A stretch of DNA of 58,424 nt, counting the filler, from a bacterium (lineage in GTDB: Bacteria > UBA9089 > CG2-30-40-21 > SBAY01), in assembly GCA_040757115.1 (NCBI GenBank). It is 4 parts of 4 records of this genome, joined end to end, with 100 filler letters (N's around TTAATTAATTAA, not from the genome) between each part and the next. Parts side by side here need not be neighbours in the genome. Positions count along the whole stretch, not along the records: positions 29,650 to 44,030 come from JBFLYA010000092.1; positions 44,131 to 58,424 come from JBFLYA010000093.1; 2 more parts are not named here. One strand, given 5' to 3'. Positions 40,479 to 49,044 of this stretch are shown piece after piece. Positions within the stretch are counted from its first letter, which is position 1. Each line of letters opens with the position of its first letter. The position numbers and the translations under genes are program-made. The notes below the pieces were generated by a model, which worked only from the letters and a program-made list of their open reading frames with translations, did not search any database and was not told the DNA's origin.

Positions 40479-41291
40479 TTATTCTTCTAACATCTTCTTT
40501 ATCTTTTCTTTGCCCAGAAGATTTATAAAATTTTTCAATAGGTTCTCTTCGCCAAGGCTGCGAATTACTCTCTCTTCACCAAGGCTGCGAATTACCTTCT
40601 CCTCGCCAATCCCTTGCACAAATTTATCTACCCCAACTATTTCTGCTAATTCCCTGATTATGTCAGGTCTATCTGCTAATGTCTGTGGCACTAATCTTAC
40701 CTCCTCCTTAAATTCGTCAGGATGTAAATATAATCCTGCTTCTATTACATCAGAAAATTCCTCTGTTTTTTCTTTCCCTATCCCTTTGACCAACTCCTTT
40801 ATTAATCCCCCAGAAGTAAATAAAATCGTAACCGTTCAGGTAATCCTTTACCGCAGAGACGCAGAGAAACAGAGAGGAAAATATCTTTTTTTTCGTATTT
40901 TTCTCGCATTTTTCGCTGTTTAAAAAGGCTTAAAAACAGTTAGTCAAAAGTAAGTATTAAAAGATTAATAAACAACGAAAGACCCGAAATGCACACAAAA
41001 AAAGGAAATTTCTGTCTCTGGTGAATAGATTTTAATTTTTTCTCTGCGTCTCTGCGTCTCTGCGGTGAACGGTTACGGCGATTTATATTCAATGATATTG
41101 TAATCAGTAAATGATTGGAAAACCAAAGGCAAGGAATTAACATCAGTACCTTTCTCCTTCTTAATGACGATTATATCTATCTTCAGCGGAGCTTTACCAA
41201 CCTCAACCTCTGTTTCTACCCTAAAGCCTTTTGGTTCAAATAATGCCTTTAATGTTTGAGACAAGAAATGATGCCACTGTTTCTTTTCCAT
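40479..41291 (-). pseudogene. Rpn-like PD-(D/E)XK nuclease-fold gene split by a type B element, with C-terminal 9-aa repeats
   Basis: N-part LKIDIIVI...IIEYKSP stops at the element end; C-part ILFTSG...GEEKVIRSLGEERVIRSLGEE; promoter TTGACA-N17-TATACT-N7-ATG. Confidence 0.65.
40828..41076 (+). mobile_element. GTAAC-TIR element type B inserted in the Rpn-like gene
   Basis: GTAACCGTTCAG...GTGAACGGTTAC; matches 21494-21730. Confidence 0.85.
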
Positions 41292-41435
41292 ACAAGAGAG
41301 TATACATCAAAGAAAGGGTTATGTCAACTGTAATTTTTGTTTTTTGGTAATGAGTCAGTCATTTGGGGTAAGTGCGGATTTCAGATTGTGTCCTAATATA
41401 ACCTGATTTTCATTTCTCTGCGCCTTTGTGGTAAA

Positions 41436-44030
41436 TTATCTAATGGTTGTGATTATTTCTTGTAATTTATTCATTGCGGCATTTACCTTCTCCGGGAATT
41501 TACCGCCGGCTTGAGCGAAATCTGGTCTGCCGCCACCACCTCCACCAGTGATTTTTGCCAGTTCGTTGATTAATTTCCCGGCATGGATTTTAGCAGTTAA
41601 ATCCTGACTTACTTTGACTACCCAGAGCACTTTATTGTCCGCACAAGAAACCAGAACAACCACACCTGATTTTAATGCCTCGATAATAAGGTCAGCTGAG
41701 GTGCGTAATGAAGTCGCATCCATCGCCGCTAATTCTTTCGCCAGCACCTTTATCCCATCTACGACAAAAGCCTCTTTTACCAGGTCAGTTGTGGCATCTG
41801 CGAGTAATTTTGTTTTGAGATGCAAACTCTCTTTTTCTTTTTCTTTTATCTCTTGAACTAATTTTTCTACCCTTTGAACTAACTGTTGTGGTGAAGTTTT
41901 GAGTAAATCCGCCAATTGACTAATAGTTTTTTCAAGTTGATAGATATATTTTTCAGCAGATTCCCCGGTTATTGCCTCAATCCTTCTTATGCCAGCGGCA
42001 ATGCCTGTTTCATGCCGCAATTTAAAAAAGCCGATTTGGCCAGTGGCATTTAGATGAGTTCCACCACAAAGTTCTAAGCTGAAATCACCTATCTTTACTG
42101 CCCGAACCCGCTCGCCATATTCTTCCTCAAATAATGCCATTGCCCCTAATTTCGTTGCCTCATCAAATGTTGTTTCAAATATCGTTACCTGTAAATTTTC
42201 TCGAATCTTTTCATTTACGATTGCCTCTACACGGTTTATCTCTCGCTCCTTCATTGCCTCAAGATGGGTAAAGTCAAATCTAAGATAATCCGGTCCAACA
42301 AAAGAGCCTGATTGTTTAACATGAGTTCCCAACGCCTGGCGTAATGCGGCTTGAAGAAGGTGTGTGGCGGTATGGTTGCGGCTAATTGACAACCGCCGAG
42401 ATAAATCAATACCTGCCAAAACCTCATCGTTTACTTTAATCTCACCTTTTAGGACTTTCCCAAAATGTAGAATTGCCTTATCCGACCATTTTGCCTCAGT
42501 AATTAATATCTTGACCGCATCATTGATTAATATTCCAGTATCGCCAATTTGCCCACCTGATTCGGCATAGAAAGGGCTGACATCAAGCACAATCTCGACT
42601 TCATCACCTGATGTTGCCATTTCTACCAGCTTTTTATCCTTGAGGATTCTGACTACCTTTACCTTGATTTTATTTAATTCATATCCAACGAATTTTGTCT
42701 GGTCAGTTATTTTCGTCTCTTTTTCTTCTTCGATAAAGACAAATTGCCCTGCCATTCTTGCCCTTTTGCGTTGTTCTTCCATCCGGGCATTAAATCCGTC
42801 AATATCCAATTTTAGTCCAGATTCATATATTATCTCTTGTGTCAGGTCAACTGGAAAGCCATAGGTATCATAAAGTTTGAAAACATCACTGCCTGAGAGG
42901 ATTTCTTGAGACTTGTTTTTATACTCGTTAATCATTTCCTCTAAAATGGTCAAACCTCGTTCCAGAGTATTTATAAATCTATCTTCCTCAAGTTTGATAA
43001 TTCGGCTGATATGGTCTCTTTCGTGAAGTAAGGTCTGGTCGTGATTAAAGATATTGACTACCGCCGGCACGATTTGAAAAAGAAAGGATTCATGGAGGTT
43101 TAATTTCCTCCCCTGACATAGTGCTCGTCTAATCAAGGCGCGCAAAACATAGCCGCGTGATTCATTGGACGGAATAATTCCATCATTGATTAAATAGGTA
43201 ATTCCTCGCAAATGGTCGGCGATTACCCGTAAGGCAACATCCTTGCTCAAATCTCTACCATATTCAATTTTAGTCAGATTGGCAACATAATTAATGATTG
43301 GCTTAAGCAAATCTGTATCAAAATTAGTCTTAACCCCTTGTACAACCGCCGTTAATCTCTCCAATCCCATCCCGGTATCGATATTCTTTTTTGGTAATGG
43401 GTGCAGTGTCCCATCTTGAGCTCTATCAAACTGAGTAAAGACTAAATTCCATAGTTCTAAATAGCGGTCACAATGACATCCAACTTTGCATGTTTCCTTA
43501 CCACAACCTATTTTTTCTCCCTGGTCAAATAATATCTCTGAACAGGGCCCACACGGACCTGTCTCTCCCATCTTCCAGAAGTTACTTTCTTCCCCTAACT
43601 TTACAATTTTCCCTTCTGGAACAATTTTTCTCCATATCTGGTTTGCTTCATCATCATCTTTGTAGATAGAAATCCACATTTTATCTTCTGGTAAGCCGAG
43701 TTTTTTACTCAGAAATTCCCATGCCCAGACAATTGCCTCTTGTTTAAAATAATCGCCAAAAGAGAAATTTCCCAGCATCTCAAAGAAGGTATGATGTCTT
43801 GCGGTTTTGCCGACATTTTCAAGGTCATTGGTTCTAAGGCATCGTTGAGAAGTAGCGGCGCGGGTAAAAGGCAATGGGTCTATTTCACCTAAAAATAGTG
43901 GTTTAAACGGTACCATCCCGGCAATTGTAAATAAAACCGTTGGGTCAGTCGGCACCAGCGAGGCACTTGTTTTAATCGTATGGTCAAGTGCGCTAAAATA
44001 ATCTAAGAATTTTGTGCGAATTTCTGTTCC
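41436..44030 (-). CDS. alaS: Alanine--tRNA ligase (5' end cut by contig end)
   Basis: AGMVPFKP, RHHTFFEMLGNFSFGDYFK, DTGMGLER, HTATHLL, ELCGGTH, GGGGGRPDFAQAGG; frame open to the gap. Confidence 0.97.
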   Translation of the reverse strand, partial: GTEIRTKFLDYFSALDHTIKTSASLVPTDPTVLFTIAGMVPFKPLFLGEIDPLPFTRAATSQRCLRTNDLENVGKTARHHTFFEMLGNFSFGDYFKQEAIVWAWEFLSKKLGLPEDKMWISIYKDDDEANQIWRKIVPEGKIVKLGEESNFWKMGETGPCGPCSEILFDQGEKIGCGKETCKVGCHCDRYLELWNLVFTQFDRAQDGTLHPLPKKNIDTGMGLERLTAVVQGVKTNFDTDLLKPIINYVANLTKIEYGRDLSKDVALRVIADHLRGITYLINDGIIPSNESRGYVLRALIRRALCQGRKLNLHESFLFQIVPAVVNIFNHDQTLLHERDHISRIIKLEEDRFINTLERGLTILEEMINEYKNKSQEILSGSDVFKLYDTYGFPVDLTQEIIYESGLKLDIDGFNARMEEQRKRARMAGQFVFIEEEKETKITDQTKFVGYELNKIKVKVVRILKDKKLVEMATSGDEVEIVLDVSPFYAESGGQIGDTGILINDAVKILITEAKWSDKAILHFGKVLKGEIKVNDEVLAGIDLSRRLSISRNHTATHLLQAALRQALGTHVKQSGSFVGPDYLRFDFTHLEAMKEREINRVEAIVNEKIRENLQVTIFETTFDEATKLGAMALFEEEYGERVRAVKIGDFSLELCGGTHLNATGQIGFFKLRHETGIAAGIRRIEAITGESAEKYIYQLEKTISQLADLLKTSPQQLVQRVEKLVQEIKEKEKESLHLKTKLLADATTDLVKEAFVVDGIKVLAKELAAMDATSLRTSADLIIEALKSGVVVLVSCADNKVLWVVKVSQDLTAKIHAGKLINELAKITGGGGGGRPDFAQAGGKFPEKVNAAMNKLQEIITTIR

Positions 44031-44130
44031 NNNNNNNNNNNNNNNNNNNNNNNNNNNNNNNNNNNNNNNNNNNNTTAATTAATTAANNNNNNNNNNNNNN
44101 NNNNNNNNNNNNNNNNNNNNNNNNNNNNNN

Positions 44131-44335
44131 GAAATAAATAATCACACAGAGACACAAAGTCACAAAGGAATTGAATAAAACAATAAACCTTTGTGTTCTT
44201 TGTGGCTTTGTGTGAGAAAATAAAAAGGAGATATTTTAGGAGATATTTTAGGGTCAAACCGTGAATGTGGAATGCACAATAATTCGGTGAGGCAGAGGAA
44301 AAGGAAAAGACAGCGAATCAAAGCTTTTGTCTAAC
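44131..44335 (+). other. ORF-less integron cassette body (copy 1) with CACA(A/G)AG-periodic hairpin
   Basis: Near-identical to 53263-53461; hairpin 44142-44215. Confidence 0.8.
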
Positions 44336-44460
44336 CCTGCGTTGCAGTTGACGGCGGGGGACTGTGCCGTGGTCAGAGTTTTGTGGTCTCTCAAAGTTTT
44401 ATCTTGCTATCAAACTTTTGTGGTAATTCTCCTCGCCGCACCTGAACTTTATCGTTAGCC
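44329..44460 (+). mobile_element. Integron attC site 1
   Basis: R'' GTCTAAC, 5-nt spacer, L'' GTTGCAG (extra G) pairing with L' CTGAAC, 6-nt spacer, R' GTTAGCC; 132 bp. Confidence 0.92.
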
Positions 44461-44471
44461 GAGAGGGAAAT

Positions 44472-45527
44472 ATGAAACCATTCAAATTTAACATGTCATC
44501 GCCAGTTTATGATGATCTCTTCGTAGATCGAGAGAAGGAACTACGCCAGACAATTGACTGGTTAATGTCCGGGACTGGTAACCTCATTATTACTGGAGAA
44601 AGAGGTATAGGGAAAACTAGCCTCGCTTGGAAAACCATTGCCGACACAGAGGAAAAGACTAAAGATACTTTAATTATTAGAGAAACTGTATATCAATTTC
44701 ATGGTGAAGGATTTGGCACATTTCTCTCTGAGCTTGGAAAGCAAATTACTGTTTCTATATGGCAACTCATAAGTGGCAAATCGTTTTCGGAGCTTTTTTC
44801 TGGGTCTTTGGATTTCGAGAAGAAAAAAATTGAGTCAAAGAATATTAAGGCTCTCCGCCGGATTTATAATATCCTTTCGGCATCTCAACTCTCGTCCAAA
44901 GCTACCGAAATGGGCAAAATCGGTGGGAAATTATTCATAGAAGCTGGACTCCAAGAGGGACTCGAAAAGGGGATGACCCGTATGGCAATCACGAACTTCG
45001 AGTTTCTTGCCATCATTGATGAACTCAAGGAGATCGCCTCAAGACATGGATATTCACGGATTGTTGTAATAGCAGATGAGTTCAACTATTTGCATTTTTC
45101 AGAACAGAGCGATTTTGTAAGGACTTATTTCCAAATCCTCAATTCTCGGAATATACTATTCGGATTGATAGGTTTCAATATTGATCCTTGGTCAGTTCCC
45201 GGACTTAGCCAATGTGTAGAGACATATATTCCACTTGGTCCATTTGAATCTTCTGACCATGTCCGCCAACTAGTCTCAGTCGGTCTCCCACAAGCGGAAA
45301 ACGCCGATATTCGCAACTTCTTGATTTCCGAGGATGTATCCCAGCAGATATTCACCGAATCAAAAGGGAATCCACGACTTATTCAAGCATTTTGTTTTAA
45401 CTTCATGAGGGAATTGGAAGTAATTGAAGGGAGTCGTGACTTCTCCAAGGCATTTGAACTTGCCAAACGGGAAATTGTAGAACAAGTTTTAAGACAAGAA
45501 GAAATGATGAAGAGATTCAAAGGCTAA
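44472..45527 (+). CDS. Cassette-borne P-loop AAA/STAND-like ATPase
   Basis: FVDREKEL, Walker A GERGIGKT, Walker B VVIADEF, GNPRLI; stop lies in R'' GGCTAAC, complementary to upstream GTTAGCC. Confidence 0.8.
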   Translation: MKPFKFNMSSPVYDDLFVDREKELRQTIDWLMSGTGNLIITGERGIGKTSLAWKTIADTEEKTKDTLIIRETVYQFHGEGFGTFLSELGKQITVSIWQLISGKSFSELFSGSLDFEKKKIESKNIKALRRIYNILSASQLSSKATEMGKIGGKLFIEAGLQEGLEKGMTRMAITNFEFLAIIDELKEIASRHGYSRIVVIADEFNYLHFSEQSDFVRTYFQILNSRNILFGLIGFNIDPWSVPGLSQCVETYIPLGPFESSDHVRQLVSVGLPQAENADIRNFLISEDVSQQIFTESKGNPRLIQAFCFNFMRELEVIEGSRDFSKAFELAKREIVEQVLRQEEMMKRFKG

Positions 45528-45653
45528 CAAATCGCTGCACCTGACTGCGGGGGGCTGTGCTGTTTTCAAGGTTTTGTGGTTTATCAAGGTTTTATCTTGC
45601 TAACAAAGGTTGGTGGTGATTCTCCCCGCGGCAGGTGAGCTCAATCGTTAGGC
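45522..45653 (+). mobile_element. Integron attC site 2
   Basis: GGCTAAC...GCTGCACCTG...CAGGTGAGC...GTTAGGC; 132 bp. Confidence 0.92.
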
Positions 45654-45676
45654 TACTGAAGTATTGAGGATTTATC

Positions 45677-46564
45677 ATGAAAACAACCATAGATCATCTT
45701 CCTGACTACAAGCAAGAGGAACTCGAAAATATTATCGGAATCATCCGTAATGCAGCAAAGGTGGAAATGATTATTCTGTTTGGAAGCTATGCACGGGGAG
45801 ACTTTGTAGACCACGATTTTCGATATGATGCTGAAGAGCAACACTTCACAAGTTATGAAAGTGATTTTGATATCATGGTGATTGTGAAGGAAGAAAAGGT
45901 AGTAGACGATTATAAGATTTGGAATAAGGTTGAAAATCAAATCAGACACAAGATTCATACACCAACAAAGCTTATTAGGGAAGATATTGAGCATGTCAAT
46001 GAACAACTCTCAGTTGGCAGATACTTCTATGCTGATGTCAAAAAAGAAGGTATACTACTTTATGATTCAAAACGATTTCAGCTGGCAAGAGCAAGAGAGC
46101 TTACCCCAGGAATAAAAAAGGCACTGGCAGAGGAGGATCATAAAATTTGGTTTCCCAAGGCGAAGGAATATTTTGTGTATTACGAAACTGGTTTTGAGAA
46201 AGGTTGGAATAATTCAGCTGCTTTCAATCTCCACCAGACTACCGAACATCTTTACACTGGCGCTTCCCTCGTTCTTACCAGCTACAAACCAAGAACGCAC
46301 GATCTGGAAAAATTAACAGAGCGGATGGAAAAGATCGATCGAGATTTTGCCAAGATTTTCCCGCGGGAAGAAGGTGAAGAAAAGCGATTATTTGAGCTTC
46401 TTAGAAAAGCCTATGTTGATGCACGATACAAGAAATCGTACAAAATCACCAAGTCTGAACTTGAATACCTTGCCGACCGTGTGAAGAAACTACGCAGATT
46501 GGCATTAAAAAAGTCTCGGGAGAGGATTGAGCAATTTGAGAAAGAAATTATCACAAAAGCCTAA
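45677..46564 (+). CDS. MNT-HEPN fusion protein cassette (copy 1)
   Basis: ILFGSYARGD, SDFDIMVIV (MNT); AAFNLHQ, PRTHDL, AYVDARY (HEPN). Confidence 0.88.
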   Translation: MKTTIDHLPDYKQEELENIIGIIRNAAKVEMIILFGSYARGDFVDHDFRYDAEEQHFTSYESDFDIMVIVKEEKVVDDYKIWNKVENQIRHKIHTPTKLIREDIEHVNEQLSVGRYFYADVKKEGILLYDSKRFQLARARELTPGIKKALAEEDHKIWFPKAKEYFVYYETGFEKGWNNSAAFNLHQTTEHLYTGASLVLTSYKPRTHDLEKLTERMEKIDRDFAKIFPREEGEEKRLFELLRKAYVDARYKKSYKITKSELEYLADRVKKLRRLALKKSRERIEQFEKEIITKA

Positions 46565-46590
46565 CTAATCGCTGAAGCTGACGGGGGGAG
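46559..46590 (+). mobile_element. Truncated attC (left arm only) fused to the tail of an ORF-less cassette
   Basis: GCCTAAC-TAATC-GCTGAAGCTGACGGGGGGAG then jumps into TATTTTAGGGTCAAAC of the ORF-less cassette. Confidence 0.75.
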
Positions 46591-46676
46591 GTATTTTAGG
46601 GTCAAACTGTGAATGTGGAATGCACAATAATTCGGTGAGGCAGAGGAAAAGGAAAAGACAGCGAATCAAAGCTTTT

Positions 46677-46808
46677 GTCTAACCCTGCGTTGCAGTTGAC
46701 GGCGGGGGACTGTGCCGTGGTCAGAGTTTTGTGGTCTCTCAAAGTTTTATCTTGCTATCAAACTTTTGTGGTAATTCTCCCCGCCGCACCTGAACTTTAT
46801 CGTTAGGC
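46677..46808 (+). mobile_element. Integron attC site 3
   Basis: GTCTAAC...GTTAGGC, near-identical to attC1; 132 bp. Confidence 0.92.
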
Positions 46809-47076
46809 ACTTGAATCCATTGCATAAATTATGATACAATTCCAGCTGTTGCGGCAAACAGGATGAAGGTTTCTCACAGCATTCCCGCAGAGACGAACCA
46901 GAGAAAATCAGATAGCGGTCAGCATCCATAGAGAAGTAGGGTAGGCGGTCGAGGGGCCAGGAACCACAACCAAAACGAAGGACGAGAGGCGTACTACAAC
47001 CGTAGATAGGAACTACAGAGGAGAGCAAAATCTAATCAAGCAGAGGAGACCTTGGGTCCAAGGGATATTGCCTAAC
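46803..47076 (+). promoter_or_regulatory. ORF-less promoter cassette
   Basis: TTGAAT(46811)-N18-TACAAT(46835) with TGn; boundaries GTTAGGC/GCCTAAC complementary; no plus-strand ORF in the track. Confidence 0.6.
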
Positions 47077-47201
47077 CCGGCGCTGCACCTGACTGCGGGG
47101 GGCTGTGCCGTAATTAGAGTTTTGTGGTATCTCAAGCTTTTATCTTGTTTACAAAGTTTGGTGGTAATCCGCCCCGCAGCAGGTGAGCTTTATCGTTAGC
47201 G
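47070..47201 (+). mobile_element. Integron attC site 4
   Basis: GCCTAAC...GCTGCACCTG...CAGGTGAGC...GTTAGCG; 132 bp. Confidence 0.92.
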
Positions 47202-47227
47202 GAAATTTTGCTTAAAAAGGTAGAATA

Positions 47228-47641
47228 ATGAACAAAACAAAACTTGGTTCAGAAACGGCAAAAGGAGGATTTGCAAACGAGAAAGCAATTTGTAAAAAAT
47301 TCAATGACTGGGAAAAGGATATAGAAGCACAGAAATGGCTTAAAATAATGGGATATGATATTAAAAAACTTGATTCTGTCCAAGCAATTCAAATTCCTAC
47401 CAGAATAAAGAAGATTGAATTAAGTAAGTTTGAAGTTAAAGAAGAAGAATATGAGCAATTTGTGAGATTTAAAAAGGCAGATGCTCAAATAAGAATTATC
47501 ATAAAGATTAGAAATATACTAAAAATTGAGAACTTATCACTAAAGAAAGCAAATTCAGATGCTGATTATAATCAAATTGACAAAAGAACCATTGTAGACT
47601 ATCAAGAGATGTGGAGGTTTGATGATATGCCTTTGAATTGA
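47228..47641 (+). pseudogene. 5' half of a HinP1I-like type II restriction endonuclease
   Basis: LGSETAKGGFANEKAICKKFNDW...AQKWLKIMG...YNQIDKR...YQEMWRFDD matches the HinP1I pattern as I recall it; ends at about half the expected length. Confidence 0.7.
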
Positions 47642-47731
47642 AATGTCTTTAGAACCATAAATGAAAGGCAAAGAGAAGAAAAGAGTTTTTTAAATTAGCA
47701 CAAATTACAAGCACCTTAAAAAGGAGTAAAA

Positions 47732-47920
47732 ATGCATAAGGATTTTAGATGTTATATGGGATGGCGGGAAAATCCATCAGGAACAGGAGAAGCTACCGTA
47801 GTTGTAATTCCATTAGGAGATGGATTGACCGATAAGCAATTAGGTAAATTATTGAGGCCGTTGAGAGTAACAACATTTAGTGAAGAAACAATTGATTTTA
47901 GAGTTCAAGAGCTGGATTAG
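47732..47920 (+). CDS. Small hypothetical protein, first gene of the inserted operon
   Basis: AAGGAG RBS; followed by GGAGG RBS of the MTase. Confidence 0.5.
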   Translation: MHKDFRCYMGWRENPSGTGEATVVVIPLGDGLTDKQLGKLLRPLRVTTFSEETIDFRVQELD

Positions 47921-47936
47921 GAGGTAAAGAAGATAG

Positions 47937-49040
47937 ATGAAAATGTGTGCAATTCAGTCTTTGACTAATAATGAATACAAGGAAAATACATTTCACCAAC
48001 TTTCACCGTATTTGGGGAAACTAAAATCTAATATAGCAAAAAAACTAATATTAAGTTATACTAAACCATATGATACTATTTGTGATCCATTTTCAGGTTC
48101 GGGGACTGTTGCATTAGAATCTTTAACACTTAATAGACATATTATAGCAAACGATATTAATCCCTATGCAGTTATTTTGACTAAAGCAAAAATGTACCCT
48201 CCAAATTCGTTAGATGAAGCTTTGGAAAGAGCAGAATATTATCTTAATTGTACCAAAGAAGAAATGACCAGGATATCTTTATCAAGAATACCAAAATGGG
48301 TAAGAACCTTTTTCCATCCAACTACCCTTAAAGAGACCTTATCGTTAGTTAGATTATTAAAAAGAAATGAGGAATACTTTATTTTGGCCTGCGTACTTGG
48401 TATTCTTCATCATCAAAGCACGGGATTTCTTTCATATCCATCAAGCCATATAGTTCCATATCTGAGAACAGAAAAATTTCCCAAAGAAAGATTTCCAACA
48501 TTATATACCTATAGAGATATTAGGCCAAGACTTCTTAGTAAAATAAAGCGTGTATTTAGACATTTTCTCAGAATAGCTCCGATGTTATTTCGAGAATGCA
48601 AAACAGAATGTGTTGAGAAATTAGAATTACCAGAAAATAGTATTGACGCTGTAATAACCAGCCCACCATATATGGATACATTGAGTTATGGAGGAGATAA
48701 TAGATTGAGACTGTGGTTCCTGGGAATAAACGATTATCAATACTATGATAATAAGAGTCCTCGAAATCCACAAGATTTTCATCTTTTAATAAAAAATGCG
48801 TTGAGCAGGCTTTATTTTGCATTGAAGTCAGATTCATATTGTATATTTGTAGTGGGAGAAGTGAAAAAGGGTAAGAAATCCATTAACACATCTTCAATAA
48901 TTCAGGATGTTGTTCTTAGTAATGGTGGTTTTAAAATATTGAGTGTAATTGAAGATGAAATCCCCTATTCAAGGAGAATAAGAGGGAAAAGAGATACGAT
49001 TAAGAAAGACTGGTTTGTTATTATGAAAAAGGAGAAATAA
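47937..49040 (+). CDS. DNA methyltransferase, amino (probably N4-C) type, motif I before motif IV
   Basis: HQLSPYLGK, DPFSGSGT (motif I), DINP, ITSPPY (motif IV). Confidence 0.88.
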   Translation: MKMCAIQSLTNNEYKENTFHQLSPYLGKLKSNIAKKLILSYTKPYDTICDPFSGSGTVALESLTLNRHIIANDINPYAVILTKAKMYPPNSLDEALERAEYYLNCTKEEMTRISLSRIPKWVRTFFHPTTLKETLSLVRLLKRNEEYFILACVLGILHHQSTGFLSYPSSHIVPYLRTEKFPKERFPTLYTYRDIRPRLLSKIKRVFRHFLRIAPMLFRECKTECVEKLELPENSIDAVITSPPYMDTLSYGGDNRLRLWFLGINDYQYYDNKSPRNPQDFHLLIKNALSRLYFALKSDSYCIFVVGEVKKGKKSINTSSIIQDVVLSNGGFKILSVIEDEIPYSRRIRGKRDTIKKDWFVIMKKEK

Positions 49041-49044
49041 TACT

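Noticed and set aside
46747-47028. Minus-strand ORFs 46747-47028, 53299-53520 and 44075-44257
   Set aside because: They run through attC sites or N-gaps and show no protein motifs
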